Shown: one piece after another, positions 1 to 9,581 of the stretch
Numbering within the stretch: position 1 is the stretch's first letter
How the letters are laid out: each line of letters opens with the position of its first letter
Assembly (NCBI GenBank): GCA_018268775.1
Contig: JAFDVV010000019.1
Span: 156,483 to 220,482 of the forward strand
Direction: 5' to 3'
From: Acidobacteriota bacterium
GTDB lineage: Bacteria > Acidobacteriota > Terriglobia > Terriglobales > Acidobacteriaceae
DNA length: 64,000 nt
Position numbers and translations under genes: made by a program
Notes under the pieces: generated by a model
Told to the model about the DNA's origin: nothing
What the model saw: the letters and a program-made list of their open reading frames with translations, nothing else
The model's database searches: none

Positions 1-2
1 CC

Positions 3-677
3 GAGATTGCCGTCGTCTGGGGGCATCGGCGTGAGCTTTACCCCGAGCGGTCGATTTACATCCGAACGCTTGATCTCGACTGGATCTACGCCGCTGGGAG
101 AACGCCCTATTGCGGCGGTGACGCCCTTTTTCTACGCGACGTGCTGGAACGGGTGAACGGCTTCGACGAGACGCTGATCGCCGGAGAAGAGCCCGAGTTG
201 TGCAGGCGAATCGCCGCGCTTGGCTTTGCCATCCTCCACGTCGATCGCCCGATGACAGGACACGACCTGGCCATTCATCGGTGGGGCCAGTATTGGAAGC
301 GGTCGACCAGGGCGGGGCATGCCTTTGCAGAGGTGGCTGATCGTTTTCAGTCCACGCAGCAGCAGTTCTGGACGGAGGAGTCGAAGGCCAACAGAAACCG
401 CGCCCTTGCGCTGGTAGGGTTGTTGCTCCTGGGGTTGGCTGGATCGATTGTTTGGCGCAGCCCGTGGCCGCTGGCAGCCGTTCTGGTGTTCCTGGCTCTC
501 TTGGCGGGCCGCTCAGCCTGGAAGGTGCGGTGGAAGTCGAACGATCTGCTGGCGCTGGCCCTCTATGGCGTTCATTCCCACCTGCAACAGTTGCCTATCT
601 ATATCGGTCAGTTGCAATACAAGCTCAACCGCAGAAGAGGGAAGCGGGCGATGCTGGTGGAGTACAAGCAGCTCTGA
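3..677 (+). CDS. Glycosyltransferase family 2, C-terminal part (5' end lies upstream of the window)
   Basis: Frame 3 is open from base 3 (EIAVVWGHRRELYPE...CGGDALFLRDVLERVNGFDETLIAGEEPELCRRI). This is a GT2-type catalytic-domain tail followed by hydrophobic C-terminal helices. The listed ORF 141..677 is only the part after the first Met. Confidence 0.6.
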   Translation, partial: EIAVVWGHRRELYPERSIYIRTLDLDWIYAAGRTPYCGGDALFLRDVLERVNGFDETLIAGEEPELCRRIAALGFAILHVDRPMTGHDLAIHRWGQYWKRSTRAGHAFAEVADRFQSTQQQFWTEESKANRNRALALVGLLLLGLAGSIVWRSPWPLAAVLVFLALLAGRSAWKVRWKSNDLLALALYGVHSHLQQLPIYIGQLQYKLNRRRGKRAMLVEYKQL

Positions 678-686
678 CCGTGCCGG

Positions 687-1904
687 TCAGTCGGCTTGAA
701 TCTGCAAATCCACAGCACGCTTTGGCGGCCTGAAGAAGTGATAGATGCGCGCCGGCCACTGCCGCTCAGGCCACGGCCCCTGGAGCAACTCGCGAACCAG
801 CGCCGGCTCCTCCCATGGAACATCATGATGGCCAGAGACCAGATAAGGGTTCTTAGGGTTTAGTAAGAACGCTTGAGGAAAGAACGCGATCGTATCTCCC
901 CGGATGGGGTCTGAGGGAACCGGCGGTTTCTCTCTGTATCTGGCGATGAAAGCCCCTGCCAGGTCGCCCTGGTTGGCCAGCCGCAGATGGCCCAGTTGTG
1001 TACACCGCGGATTGAGCTCGATGAGGTACGCATCGTTCGTCTCTTTATCGAGAATGAAGTCCAGCCCGTGAAATCCGTGGAGCGAAAGCCTCTTCGCCAG
1101 CTTACGCGCCGCTGCGATCATCTCAGGGTGTTGAATTACCTGGACGACCGTGGCCGAGCCGGTAGCACCCTGACTGTTCAGCACTTCAACTGCGACGATA
1201 CCGATCACCTCGCCCTTCCAGCAGGCGAACATCGCGTTTGCCGGACTCCCTGGAATGAACTGCTGTATGGTGACTCGGGGTTTACCCGCATGCTTCCACG
1301 ACCAAAGCGCAAGAGGATCGCGATTCACGACAAAGCGCTTCCACGAGAAGCCCGCTCCTTTTGGCTTCGCCAGCTTCTCGTAGGCTTCCGCAATCGCGGC
1401 CGATGAATCGGCGATCTCAACGCCGGTGCCGCCCCAGCTCCCGTCCAGCTTTAGAACGCCGGATGAGAGGGGCCACCTTTCCAGATCGACCTTCGATTGC
1501 AACTCCATCGTCTGCGGAACCCGAATCCCGAGCTCTGCGGCGACGCCTAGCAGGCCGCCGCGGCTACGGATGGTCTCGTACATCTCATGAGGCCCAAGCG
1601 AGGCCTCGATCAACTCCCTCAATTCGGGGCACCCGGCATGAAGAGCGTGAAGCTGCCAGACCACACCATCGTCGCAAGGCACAATCATGTCGGCCTTCGA
1701 TTGAACGATCGCTGCCTTCAGGCTATCGAGAGAGCCGGTGCGTTTGTAGGGGTAGATGGCGCTGATTCCGCTGACCACTCGAAGCGGGTGTCCCGGCGGA
1801 CAGACAGCAACGACCGTGCAGTTCTGGCGAAGCAGGGCCATCGCCATGCGGGCCGACAACTGCCACCACGTAGTGGCCCCAATCAGCACTACCGGTCTAT
1901 CCAT
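687..1904 (-). CDS. ATP-grasp domain protein
   Basis: 405 aa with an ATP-grasp-like pattern (GVLKLDGSWGGTGVEI, FHGLDFILDKETNDAYLIELNPRCTQ). Sits within the glycan locus. Confidence 0.55.
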   Translation of the reverse strand: MDRPVVLIGATTWWQLSARMAMALLRQNCTVVAVCPPGHPLRVVSGISAIYPYKRTGSLDSLKAAIVQSKADMIVPCDDGVVWQLHALHAGCPELRELIEASLGPHEMYETIRSRGGLLGVAAELGIRVPQTMELQSKVDLERWPLSSGVLKLDGSWGGTGVEIADSSAAIAEAYEKLAKPKGAGFSWKRFVVNRDPLALWSWKHAGKPRVTIQQFIPGSPANAMFACWKGEVIGIVAVEVLNSQGATGSATVVQVIQHPEMIAAARKLAKRLSLHGFHGLDFILDKETNDAYLIELNPRCTQLGHLRLANQGDLAGAFIARYREKPPVPSDPIRGDTIAFFPQAFLLNPKNPYLVSGHHDVPWEEPALVRELLQGPWPERQWPARIYHFFRPPKRAVDLQIQAD

Positions 1905-2030
1905 ATCTCACAAGTGTTTCATTAGGCGCGCTACATTTCGCAGGTTTTCTATACAAAGACGTAACACACAAGGGTCATTAAAGTGAACGTTTATTTTGGC
2001 TGGCTCTTGGTTGAAACCGGAGCCCCAAAT

Positions 2031-3248
2031 CTACGAGTGCCCTTCATCTTCATCCGAAAGCTCTGCGTTGCGATGGGTCCGGACCCACGCATTGGTCGAC
2101 CGCGCGTTCTTGAGGAGCGTAGGGATCAGCATGATCTTCCACAGAACATAGAGGGGAGCGGTTGCCAGCGCTCCAAGGTCTCTCCAGCCTCCCCCTCCGA
2201 CCGCAATCGCAGCAACGAGGTGCAGCAGGACGATGGCTGCCCCGGCAAGGCCGGTATAGCGGGCCGCCGGAACGGGCGCCGAGATGGCCGCGGCAAGCAG
2301 CGCCACATGGAACGCCAATGGGAGCAGAAGCAGCTCAAGCAGCGGCTCAAGCATCGAGAAGCGACCTCGGAGCACGCTAAGTGCCAGCCCCGGACTCTTC
2401 TCCAGCAGCATTCTCAGCCGTCCGCCCTCCCATCGCGACCTCTGCGTCTCGACGCCATCTCCGCGTACGGGCATCTCGCCATACACAGTTGTCTCATCGA
2501 TGAACGACACCCGGCGACCGGAACGCACAAGCGACAGGTGATACTCCAGGTCTTCGACGACCGAGGCCGCCAGGTAGGGAACGGCCTTGAGTGTCTCGGT
2601 GCGCAGGCCAAAGCCATTGCCGAGGATGCCAGCCGACAGGCCGAGATTCTCCCGCCCAAGTGGGCGAACCACGTTGAAGGCCCTCAGCGCCAGACCCATC
2701 AGCCGTGTTCGCGTACTGTCTTCGAGATTGCGAACCAGGTAGCGGGCCTGCACCGCTTCAGCGCCGTCGCGCATCGCGCCCGCCGCCGCCGCGATAAAGT
2801 TCGGCGCGACGTCAGTATCCGCATCGACGACTAGAACGCAGTCATAGTCCAGCGGTTCCAGTGCCTGAAACGCGAAGTGAAGCGCATGGCCTTTGCCGCG
2901 CTCCAGATCGTTTGTTCGCGTCAGCACCGTCGTCGCGCCCGCCCGCATTGCGGTGGAGCCTGTGGCGTCGGTACAGTTGTCCGCGATGACAAAGATGTCT
3001 GCCGCACACACTTCTGCTGCACAGCGCAGGCTTTGAACGCACGCGGCGATTCCACCTTCTTCATTGTGCGCCGGAACTACGACAGCGACCCTCCAGGACG
3101 ACGGCGGTGTACGGCAGGCGACTCGTCTCCGTGCAGGCAATAGTGCGGCAATACTCAGTACGAGCAGCTCAATGGAACCAGGCAACGTCAGACATGCCGC
3201 TGCAACACCAGCCACGCCCCAAAACGTTTTGAACAGGCCGCCGATCAA
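2031..3248 (-). CDS. Membrane-embedded GT2 glycosyltransferase, processive-synthase-like
   Basis: N-terminal TM helix; VVVPAHNEE, IADNCTDATG and VVDADTD motifs; a QRSRWEGG (Q-x-x-RW type) motif; C-terminal TM helices. Confidence 0.7.
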   Translation of the reverse strand: MIGGLFKTFWGVAGVAAACLTLPGSIELLVLSIAALLPARRRVACRTPPSSWRVAVVVPAHNEEGGIAACVQSLRCAAEVCAADIFVIADNCTDATGSTAMRAGATTVLTRTNDLERGKGHALHFAFQALEPLDYDCVLVVDADTDVAPNFIAAAAGAMRDGAEAVQARYLVRNLEDSTRTRLMGLALRAFNVVRPLGRENLGLSAGILGNGFGLRTETLKAVPYLAASVVEDLEYHLSLVRSGRRVSFIDETTVYGEMPVRGDGVETQRSRWEGGRLRMLLEKSPGLALSVLRGRFSMLEPLLELLLLPLAFHVALLAAAISAPVPAARYTGLAGAAIVLLHLVAAIAVGGGGWRDLGALATAPLYVLWKIMLIPTLLKNARSTNAWVRTHRNAELSDEDEGHS

Positions 3249-4483
3249 GGTGTCCTCAGCCTTTTTTCAAAGACATCGCGAAGGCGGTCTGCGCTCGCCG
3301 AGATCTCGTAGCTCTCCAGCACGCGCTGCCGGCCTGCCTTGCCTATGGATTCGCGCAGTGCGGGCTCATCCATCAGACGTGCCAACGCGGCCGCCAGTCC
3401 ATCGGCATCGGAAGGAGCAACCAGCAGACCGTCAACCCCATCGCGTATTAGCTCTGGAATGCCATTGATCGCGGTGGAAACGCAGGGAATCTCCATGGCC
3501 ATCGCCTCCATCAGGACGACCGGAATTCCCTCCGCAAAACTGGCGAGGGCGAAGATGTCGGCCTGCCGGTAAAACTCCTGAATTCTATCCTGGTTAATCG
3601 CCCCTTCAAAGCGGGCATGGGCTGACAGCCCCTTGCTTTCTACAAGGCGCTTCAGGTCGTTTCTGTCCGGTCCGTCACCGACAAAACGCAATTGAAAGCT
3701 CCTCCCGAGGCGGGCAAGTTGTTCCGCAGCCTCGATCAAAATGCGCTGTCCCTTTGCCGCGACCAAGCGGCCTACGCAAAGTATCTCGAATACCTCGGGC
3801 GACGCGCGAAACGGGCGGGGCGCAAAGTGGGAGCAGTCCACACCGAGCCTCGCAATATCGAACTTTTGCCATTCGCTTCCGGAAGACAGCTTCATCAACT
3901 GGCTCTGTGCAAAGAAGCTGATGCAGACCACAAAGCGTGCCGCCGTAATCTTTTCTGCAAGGTAGTAGCTGCTCACGTCATAGAACTCGTCCGGCCCATG
4001 CACCATCATCGAAAAGGTGACTGGGGCGATCTCCTTTAATAGGAGGGCAACTGTGGCCGCAGGGGTCGCAAAATGAACGTGCAGGTGGTTGAGCGAACGG
4101 TCTCTCATCCACTCTGCAAGGATCGCTGCCTCCGCAAGATAAAACATGCAAAGCAGTGTGCGCCGTGGCTCCATGCGGCCAAGTTTGAAGGCCAGACCAA
4201 TTCCGGCAAAGAGCTTACCGGGGTGCCGCAGGCCCAAAGCCGCGAGGGCCTTCAGCGCACCCATCGCGCCAGCCTGCTTCACGTAGAAAGTACTGGCGGC
4301 TTCGTCCATTTCAGCCTGCGTCATCGCCTTACGGTCGCCAGCCTCGTTGATCGAAGCCACTTCGACAGCGATGCCGCGCTGCCGGACTGCGGCAATCTCG
4401 CGAAGGATGAATGTATGGGAGACGGCAGGATACTTGCTGATCAGGTATCCAATCCGCAGCGACGATGAATTCGTCATGGGCAA
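3245..4483 (-). CDS. GT4 (GT-B fold) glycosyltransferase
   Basis: 412 aa. C-terminal half has the typical GT4 signature (FALASFAEGIPVVLMEAMAMEIPCVSTAINGIPELI). 4-nt overlap with the upstream GT2 gene. Confidence 0.7.
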   Translation of the reverse strand: MPMTNSSSLRIGYLISKYPAVSHTFILREIAAVRQRGIAVEVASINEAGDRKAMTQAEMDEAASTFYVKQAGAMGALKALAALGLRHPGKLFAGIGLAFKLGRMEPRRTLLCMFYLAEAAILAEWMRDRSLNHLHVHFATPAATVALLLKEIAPVTFSMMVHGPDEFYDVSSYYLAEKITAARFVVCISFFAQSQLMKLSSGSEWQKFDIARLGVDCSHFAPRPFRASPEVFEILCVGRLVAAKGQRILIEAAEQLARLGRSFQLRFVGDGPDRNDLKRLVESKGLSAHARFEGAINQDRIQEFYRQADIFALASFAEGIPVVLMEAMAMEIPCVSTAINGIPELIRDGVDGLLVAPSDADGLAAALARLMDEPALRESIGKAGRQRVLESYEISASADRLRDVFEKRLRTP

Positions 4484-4552
4484 GGTTTGAATGTCGTCAC
4501 CGGCGATTCAAAGAGAGGGAAGGTGTCCATCGGGAACGGTAAGTCCCGCTCA

Positions 4553-4891
4553 TCAGGCGATGTAGGAGGTAACGGCTTCCTCCGAGTTATTGAAGACCTC
4601 AAAGACCCTGTGCATCCGTACAAGCTCGAAGAGGGCTCGTGCGGGTTTGCTCAGGCCAGAGAGCTTGATCTCGCCGCCATCGGCATGGGCCTGGCGGAGG
4701 CACGAAACCAGCGCACCAAGCCCGCTGCTATCGATAAACTCCACCTTCGACAGGTCGAGGACGACCCGCGCACCCTCGGTCAACATCGGCTTGATGGCGT
4801 CTTTGAATGCCCGTGCGTTGCTGGCGTCGAGGGCTTTCGCGTCAATCTTTCCTACCAGTACGCCCTCTTTTTCAGAACTCAAAACCTGCAT
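4553..4891 (-). CDS. STAS-domain anti-sigma-factor antagonist (SpoIIAA/RsbV-like)
   Basis: 112 aa with the canonical VEFIDSSGLGALV phosphorylatable-Ser motif. Confidence 0.8.
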   Translation of the reverse strand: MQVLSSEKEGVLVGKIDAKALDASNARAFKDAIKPMLTEGARVVLDLSKVEFIDSSGLGALVSCLRQAHADGGEIKLSGLSKPARALFELVRMHRVFEVFNNSEEAVTSYIA

Positions 4892-5090
4892 TTTGCCCAG
4901 CTCCAGAATTTCGGTGACTCAATCTGTTTTATGTCGTCGACTCCAACAGGCGGAAGACCTTCGAGCCAGTTTTCATGATGTATCACATCGTCCGGCTATG
5001 ACGAAAGATACCTGTCGTGACGTACTTTCCTGTAACCAAAGAATGCATGGAATTTGTTGTGCCTATTCGTGTTAAGTCCAAAGAAAACAG

Positions 5091-5118
5091 TTGTACCGTC
5101 TAAGACGCATAGTATACT
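5091..5118 (+). promoter_or_regulatory. Candidate sigma70-type promoter upstream of the PGT operon
   Basis: TTGTAC (5091-5096), 16-nt spacer, TATACT (5113-5118), in the ~580-bp divergent intergenic region. Pattern match only. Confidence 0.2.
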
Positions 5119-5468
5119 TCAAGCCAAAACGGCTGACGATTTTTTGCCGGACGGAGCATGAGCACGGTTACATCTCAGGCCAGCTTTGGTTCTCAGTTTT
5201 ATTGCAGAAAGGGCCTAGACATATCCCACGAACGCAGTACAGCGTATTCCTCTGAAAAAAGGTACCTTGGAGGGGTTCGTTGGGAGGATGCGTGAACCAG
5301 AAGCACGTGCCGGTTTGTGATGGAGGCTCGCAGAAGGGGAACTACGTGGGCGCCACAAAACTGCATGTCGATTTCGGACGAAAGTCTCTGGTAGATCAGT
5401 TGTATCGAGGATATGGCGTTCCTGGATACGCTGGCGGGCGTTTTCGCACGTTTAAGGCCCATCTCAAG

Positions 5469-6101
5469 ATGTTTGGCTGGGCCCTGGTGGTCAACGGCGC
5501 CAAGTTCTTCAAGCGCGCCATGGATATCGTCGTCTCGGCCGTGGCGATCGTTCTACTGTCCCCTCTGTTCCTGTTTCTTGTAGTTGTCATCCGCCTTCAG
5601 GATGGCGGTCCCGCCCTTTTCTGGCAGAAGAGAGTTGGGATATGGGGGCGTGAGTTTCCTTTTCCGAAGTTTCGATCGATGGTCACGAATGCCGAAAAGC
5701 AGAAAGCGCTGCTCGCCGCTGAAAATCAACACGGCGGCGATGGCATTACCTTCAAGATGAAACGCGATCCCAGAGTGACCTGGATTGGCGGTATTCTCAG
5801 GAAGCTCAGCCTGGATGAGCTCCCGCAGCTCTGGTGTGTTCTTCGAGGCGATATGTCGCTTGTGGGACCTCGACCGCCTGTCCCTTCCGAGGTCGCCCGT
5901 TACTCCATTCAGGACCGCCGCAGGCTTGAGGTAAAGCCGGGGCTGACCTGCATCTGGCAAGTCAGCGGCAGAAGCGAACTTCCCTTTGAGCAACAGGTGA
6001 GACTTGACGCGCAATATATTGATAGTCATAGCCTTTTGCTTGATATATATCTCTTAATCAAGACGATCCCAGCTATTCTGACTGGCCGCGGAGCCTACTA
6101 G
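5469..6101 (+). CDS. Small monotopic phosphoglycosyl transferase (bacterial sugar transferase, PglC/WbaP-C-like)
   Basis: KRAMDIVVSAVAIVLLSPLFL re-entrant helix; KFRSM, DPRVT, SLDELPQL (Asp-Glu dyad at 5814-5819), GPRPP and PGLTCIWQVSGR motifs. The ORF is open from 5280, but Met at 5469 gives the usual family N-terminus. Confidence 0.8.
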   Translation: MFGWALVVNGAKFFKRAMDIVVSAVAIVLLSPLFLFLVVVIRLQDGGPALFWQKRVGIWGREFPFPKFRSMVTNAEKQKALLAAENQHGGDGITFKMKRDPRVTWIGGILRKLSLDELPQLWCVLRGDMSLVGPRPPVPSEVARYSIQDRRRLEVKPGLTCIWQVSGRSELPFEQQVRLDAQYIDSHSLLLDIYLLIKTIPAILTGRGAY

Positions 6102-6106
6102 CTCCC

Positions 6107-7549
6107 ATGCCGGTAGAGAAACCGAAGTTGGGATTGCGGAGCGGAGATATGGCGGATTCTTCCAATCGCGACCTGATCCTTGCCGATCTGGAGGGAGGCT
6201 TCTCGGAGGAGGGTATCCGGCACCGCAAGCGGGCCAGTTATCGCCGTTCGTTATCCTGGTCGGTTGCGATTTGGGCCGCTGGCACTCTTCGACGGTTAGC
6301 CGATGCCCTCCTTGCGGCAGTTTTGACGCTTGTCCTCAGTCCTGTTCTGCTTGGGTTGCTCATCGCCGCAACATTGTCGGGCGGGGGGATTCGCGAATTG
6401 CCCCGGCTCGGCCGCTGGGCTACCCACTTCGGCCAATACCAGTTTTACTTTCCGCCCTCCTCGTCGCTCAGATGGCTGAGCTGTTTTCGTGGACTGCCTT
6501 CCATTTTGAACGTGCTAAGAGGAGAGATGTCCTTTATAGGTCCCCGCGCGGCGGCGCCGCACGAGACCTTTGCCGATGGCCGGATGGCCTGGAAGCGGTA
6601 TAACCTTCGTCCGGGTCTGCTTAGCCTCTGGTGGCTTCGAAAACGGGCCAACATTGCATACTCCAGCGAGGTCGGACTCGACCTGGAGTACATCGAAACC
6701 AACTCTCTTTGGGGAGACCTCGGAATTGCCGCGCGCGCGGTTCCCGCAGTTTTCTTTGGAGGAGAGGGCAGCGCAGCCCCGCCAAAGCTGAACTTCCTGG
6801 GTGTATCGATCGACAATCTCACCATGGTGGAGGCTTCCGCCCGGATCGTAGGCATGGCGGCGAACAATGACTCCCCCGCCCAGATCAGCTTTGTCAACGC
6901 GGACTGCGTGAATATCGCGTTCGCGGATCCCCAATACAAGACGGTTCTCTCGCATTCGCGGCTTGTACTGGCGGATGGAATTGGAATACGCGTCGCTGGA
7001 GCGATCCTGAACCAGAACGTTCGTGAGAACATCAACGGAACGGACATGCTCCCCTTTCTTTGTGCCTCGGCCGAGCAGGCAGGAACCAGCATTTATCTTC
7101 TGGGAGGGCGCTCGGGCGTTCCCGAGGGGGCAGCGGACTGGATGACTCAGCATTACCCCGGGCTGAAAATCGCCGGCTGTCGCCAAGGCTATTTCTCAAA
7201 CGAAGAAGAGCCGAGTGTCGTCGAAGCCATTCGATCATCTGGTGCGGATATACTTCTGGTAGCATTGGGAGCGCCCCGGCAGGAGAAGTGGATAGCAGCC
7301 CATAAGGACCAATTGGGCGCGAAGGTCCTGATCGGTGTCGGCGGACTTCTCGATTTCTACTCGGGAAGAATTCCGCGTGCGCCGGTCTGGATACGTGAGC
7401 TTGGTATGGAGTGGGTTTACCGTTTTTGGCAGGAACCTCGCCGCATGTGGCGCCGATACTTTGTAGGCAATGGCATATTCCTCTATAGGGTTCTTGGGGA
7501 ACGGCTGCATGCCCGTTCTTCGGGCCATACGGGGGGCGTTGCTTCATGA
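6107..7549 (+). CDS. Fusion of a degenerate PGT-like N-terminal domain and a WecB/TagA/CpsF (GT26) glycosyltransferase
   Basis: N-terminal region is homologous to sugar transferases (LSPVLLGLL..., LPSILNVLRGEMSFIGPRA, PGLLSLWW) but lacks key motifs. C-terminal half has GT26 signatures (FVNADCVN, VLADGIGI, LLVALGAPRQEKW, GVGGLLDFYSG). Confidence 0.7.
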   Translation: MPVEKPKLGLRSGDMADSSNRDLILADLEGGFSEEGIRHRKRASYRRSLSWSVAIWAAGTLRRLADALLAAVLTLVLSPVLLGLLIAATLSGGGIRELPRLGRWATHFGQYQFYFPPSSSLRWLSCFRGLPSILNVLRGEMSFIGPRAAAPHETFADGRMAWKRYNLRPGLLSLWWLRKRANIAYSSEVGLDLEYIETNSLWGDLGIAARAVPAVFFGGEGSAAPPKLNFLGVSIDNLTMVEASARIVGMAANNDSPAQISFVNADCVNIAFADPQYKTVLSHSRLVLADGIGIRVAGAILNQNVRENINGTDMLPFLCASAEQAGTSIYLLGGRSGVPEGAADWMTQHYPGLKIAGCRQGYFSNEEEPSVVEAIRSSGADILLVALGAPRQEKWIAAHKDQLGAKVLIGVGGLLDFYSGRIPRAPVWIRELGMEWVYRFWQEPRRMWRRYFVGNGIFLYRVLGERLHARSSGHTGGVAS

Positions 7550-9066
7550 CCGGCGTTATCGTCGTCTCAGGACAATCGGAGAGAATGCCCCAGTTGGGTG
7601 TGAAGCGCTCGCTTGCGCTGCTGCCTCTCGGAGACAGGTCGGTTCTTCAGCATGTGGTTGAGGGACTTGCCGGTCAAGGTATTACCTCAATTGAGTTGAT
7701 CGTGTGCCAGGCACCTGAAAAGGTCGAGGAGTTGCTGGGAAATGGAGACCGGTGGGGGTGCAGCTTCCGCTACCATCTTGCGACGCAACCGGAACGCCCC
7801 TATCGTTCGCTCAGAGTTATTCCCGAATTGCATGCCGAACCATGGGTTTTGGTCCACTCGGAATGCTATCCCTCGTTGAATTTTCCTACCGGTGAGCTTG
7901 AGAGGCCGGTTCTGTTTTATGGGGCATCGCGGAAGCCCTTGCCGGGGAAAGAGCCCGCCGTTCCTCCAGTCGAGAGGTGGAAAGGAACTGCGGTTTTTCC
8001 TGCGGGGTATGTCACCGATGCCATTTGCAATCTTTCAGTGGACGAGCTCTACGCTCATTTTGAAGGGCTTGCAGAGACATCTCAGGCATCTGTTGTGCAG
8101 GCCCCTCTTTGGGTCGATGTTTCAAGTCCGGGCCGTCTGCTTGAGACCCAGACGCTGTTGCTTCAGCGAAAGCTGAACGGTCCGGCGATCAGCGGAACGG
8201 AGCGCGATCCGGGAATCTGGATATCACGAAACGTCGTCATTCACCCTACGGTCGAGCTGGTTGCGCCTCTTTATGTTGGGCCCAACAGCCGCCTCAACCG
8301 TGGAGTAAAGTGCGGCCCCAATGCGGTGATTGAAGGGGAATGTATCGTCGATACGAATACGACGATAGAGAACACGCTCGTCACCTCCGGCAGTTATGTT
8401 GGCGAAGGGCTTGAGTTAAATGAGGTCATCGTCGACCAGAACCTTCTGACCAATGTCCGGCTCGGTACCAGCGTCGACGTTGTCGAGAGCTTTTTACTTG
8501 GCGGTCTTACACCGCCGCGCCGTCCAAGCTGGATCGTGCGTGGCGTGCAGTCCGTTCTAGCGGTACTACTGATTGTTCTCTTTCTTCCCGTGTCGCTTCT
8601 ATCGCTGCTGGTCTTCGGAATATTGAGGCGCCTCAGCTATACCACCGTACGGGTGGTTCAACTGCCGGCCCGGGAAAATGAGTTGGCCTCTCGAAGCTAC
8701 TCCCTGCCTTGTCTCGGGGCGGATGCATGGGTGGTTCCTCGTGTCGCGGGATGGCGGACCTTTGTACGGCAGTTTCTGCCTGGGCTCTTTGCCGTTGCGC
8801 AGGGGCGAATCGGCTTTGTGGGCCTGCCTCCCCGCACCCCCGAGGAAGTCGGACGCCTCGCTCCGGATTGGCGTGCTCTTTATCTTCAGGGATCGTCGGG
8901 CCTGATCACCGAAGCTGCTCTTGCGATCGCTGACCCGGGGGATGAGACGCAGAAGTACCTCGCGGACGCGTACTACGTCGTCCAGCAGGGCTTGCCGCAC
9001 AATTTGAAACTTGCGGCGCAGTATTTCCTCAGACTGCTGTTTCCGGTTAAATCGAACCTGCGCTAA
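7546..9066 (+). CDS. Fusion of a divergent nucleotidyltransferase-like domain, left-handed beta-helix repeats and a degenerate PGT-like C-terminal domain
   Basis: N-terminus resembles the NDP-sugar pyrophosphorylase fold (VIVVSGQSERM...LALLPLGDRSVLQHVVEGL). Hexapeptide-like repeats span about aa 225-315. C-terminal membrane segment is homologous to sugar transferases (LFLPVSLL..., LPGLFAVAQGRIGFVGLPP). 4-nt overlap with the upstream gene. Confidence 0.6.
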   Translation: MTGVIVVSGQSERMPQLGVKRSLALLPLGDRSVLQHVVEGLAGQGITSIELIVCQAPEKVEELLGNGDRWGCSFRYHLATQPERPYRSLRVIPELHAEPWVLVHSECYPSLNFPTGELERPVLFYGASRKPLPGKEPAVPPVERWKGTAVFPAGYVTDAICNLSVDELYAHFEGLAETSQASVVQAPLWVDVSSPGRLLETQTLLLQRKLNGPAISGTERDPGIWISRNVVIHPTVELVAPLYVGPNSRLNRGVKCGPNAVIEGECIVDTNTTIENTLVTSGSYVGEGLELNEVIVDQNLLTNVRLGTSVDVVESFLLGGLTPPRRPSWIVRGVQSVLAVLLIVLFLPVSLLSLLVFGILRRLSYTTVRVVQLPARENELASRSYSLPCLGADAWVVPRVAGWRTFVRQFLPGLFAVAQGRIGFVGLPPRTPEEVGRLAPDWRALYLQGSSGLITEAALAIADPGDETQKYLADAYYVVQQGLPHNLKLAAQYFLRLLFPVKSNLR

Positions 9067-9071
9067 TGCGC

Positions 9072-9560
9072 TCACTTGTCTTCAAGGGCGACATGTTTGC
9101 GGATGGTCATGCGATTGTGATGTTGATCCGATGTCAGGGCGATTGAGTCGACGATCTGCCTGACAATCTGCAACCCATGGCCTCGCATGGGCCAGTCTTC
9201 ATTAGGCTCTTCCAGAAGCGCAGGTTTGCCTTCAAGGCGATAACGCTCGCTCTCCGGGAAGGGCGGGGCCTTGTCGTTCAGGTCGATCTGGACCTCTGAA
9301 CCGCTCACATGGACCTTGACTTCGATCGGTTTGTCTTCCACGCCGCGGTACCCATGCTCAAGCGTGTTGTTGATGATCTCCGTAACAGCCAGCTCGAGAG
9401 AGAAGATGTCAGATTCGACGACGCCAAGATAGCTCAGGACTCCAGACAGCGCCGCCCGTACCAGACTGATCTGATTCAGTTGGCTGTCGATGCAGAACGA
9501 AATGGAATGGCTCATCTGGTCTTGCAAGACTGGCTCCCGTAGCAGAGATAACGTGATCAT
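9072..9560 (-). CDS. Anti-sigma regulatory Ser/Thr kinase (RsbW/SpoIIAB-like HATPase)
   Basis: 162 aa with an N-box (ELAVTEIINNTLEHGY) and a G-box-like segment (MRGHGLQIVRQIVDS). Confidence 0.7.
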   Translation of the reverse strand: MITLSLLREPVLQDQMSHSISFCIDSQLNQISLVRAALSGVLSYLGVVESDIFSLELAVTEIINNTLEHGYRGVEDKPIEVKVHVSGSEVQIDLNDKAPPFPESERYRLEGKPALLEEPNEDWPMRGHGLQIVRQIVDSIALTSDQHHNRMTIRKHVALEDK

Positions 9561-9581
9561 TTTGATGTCCCGATTACCAAA

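Noticed and set aside
5280-5468. Upstream 63 codons of the PGT ORF.
   Set aside because: Family members start a few residues before the K-R-x-x-D plus re-entrant helix segment, which the Met at 5469 provides. The upstream part has no hydrophobic or conserved features.
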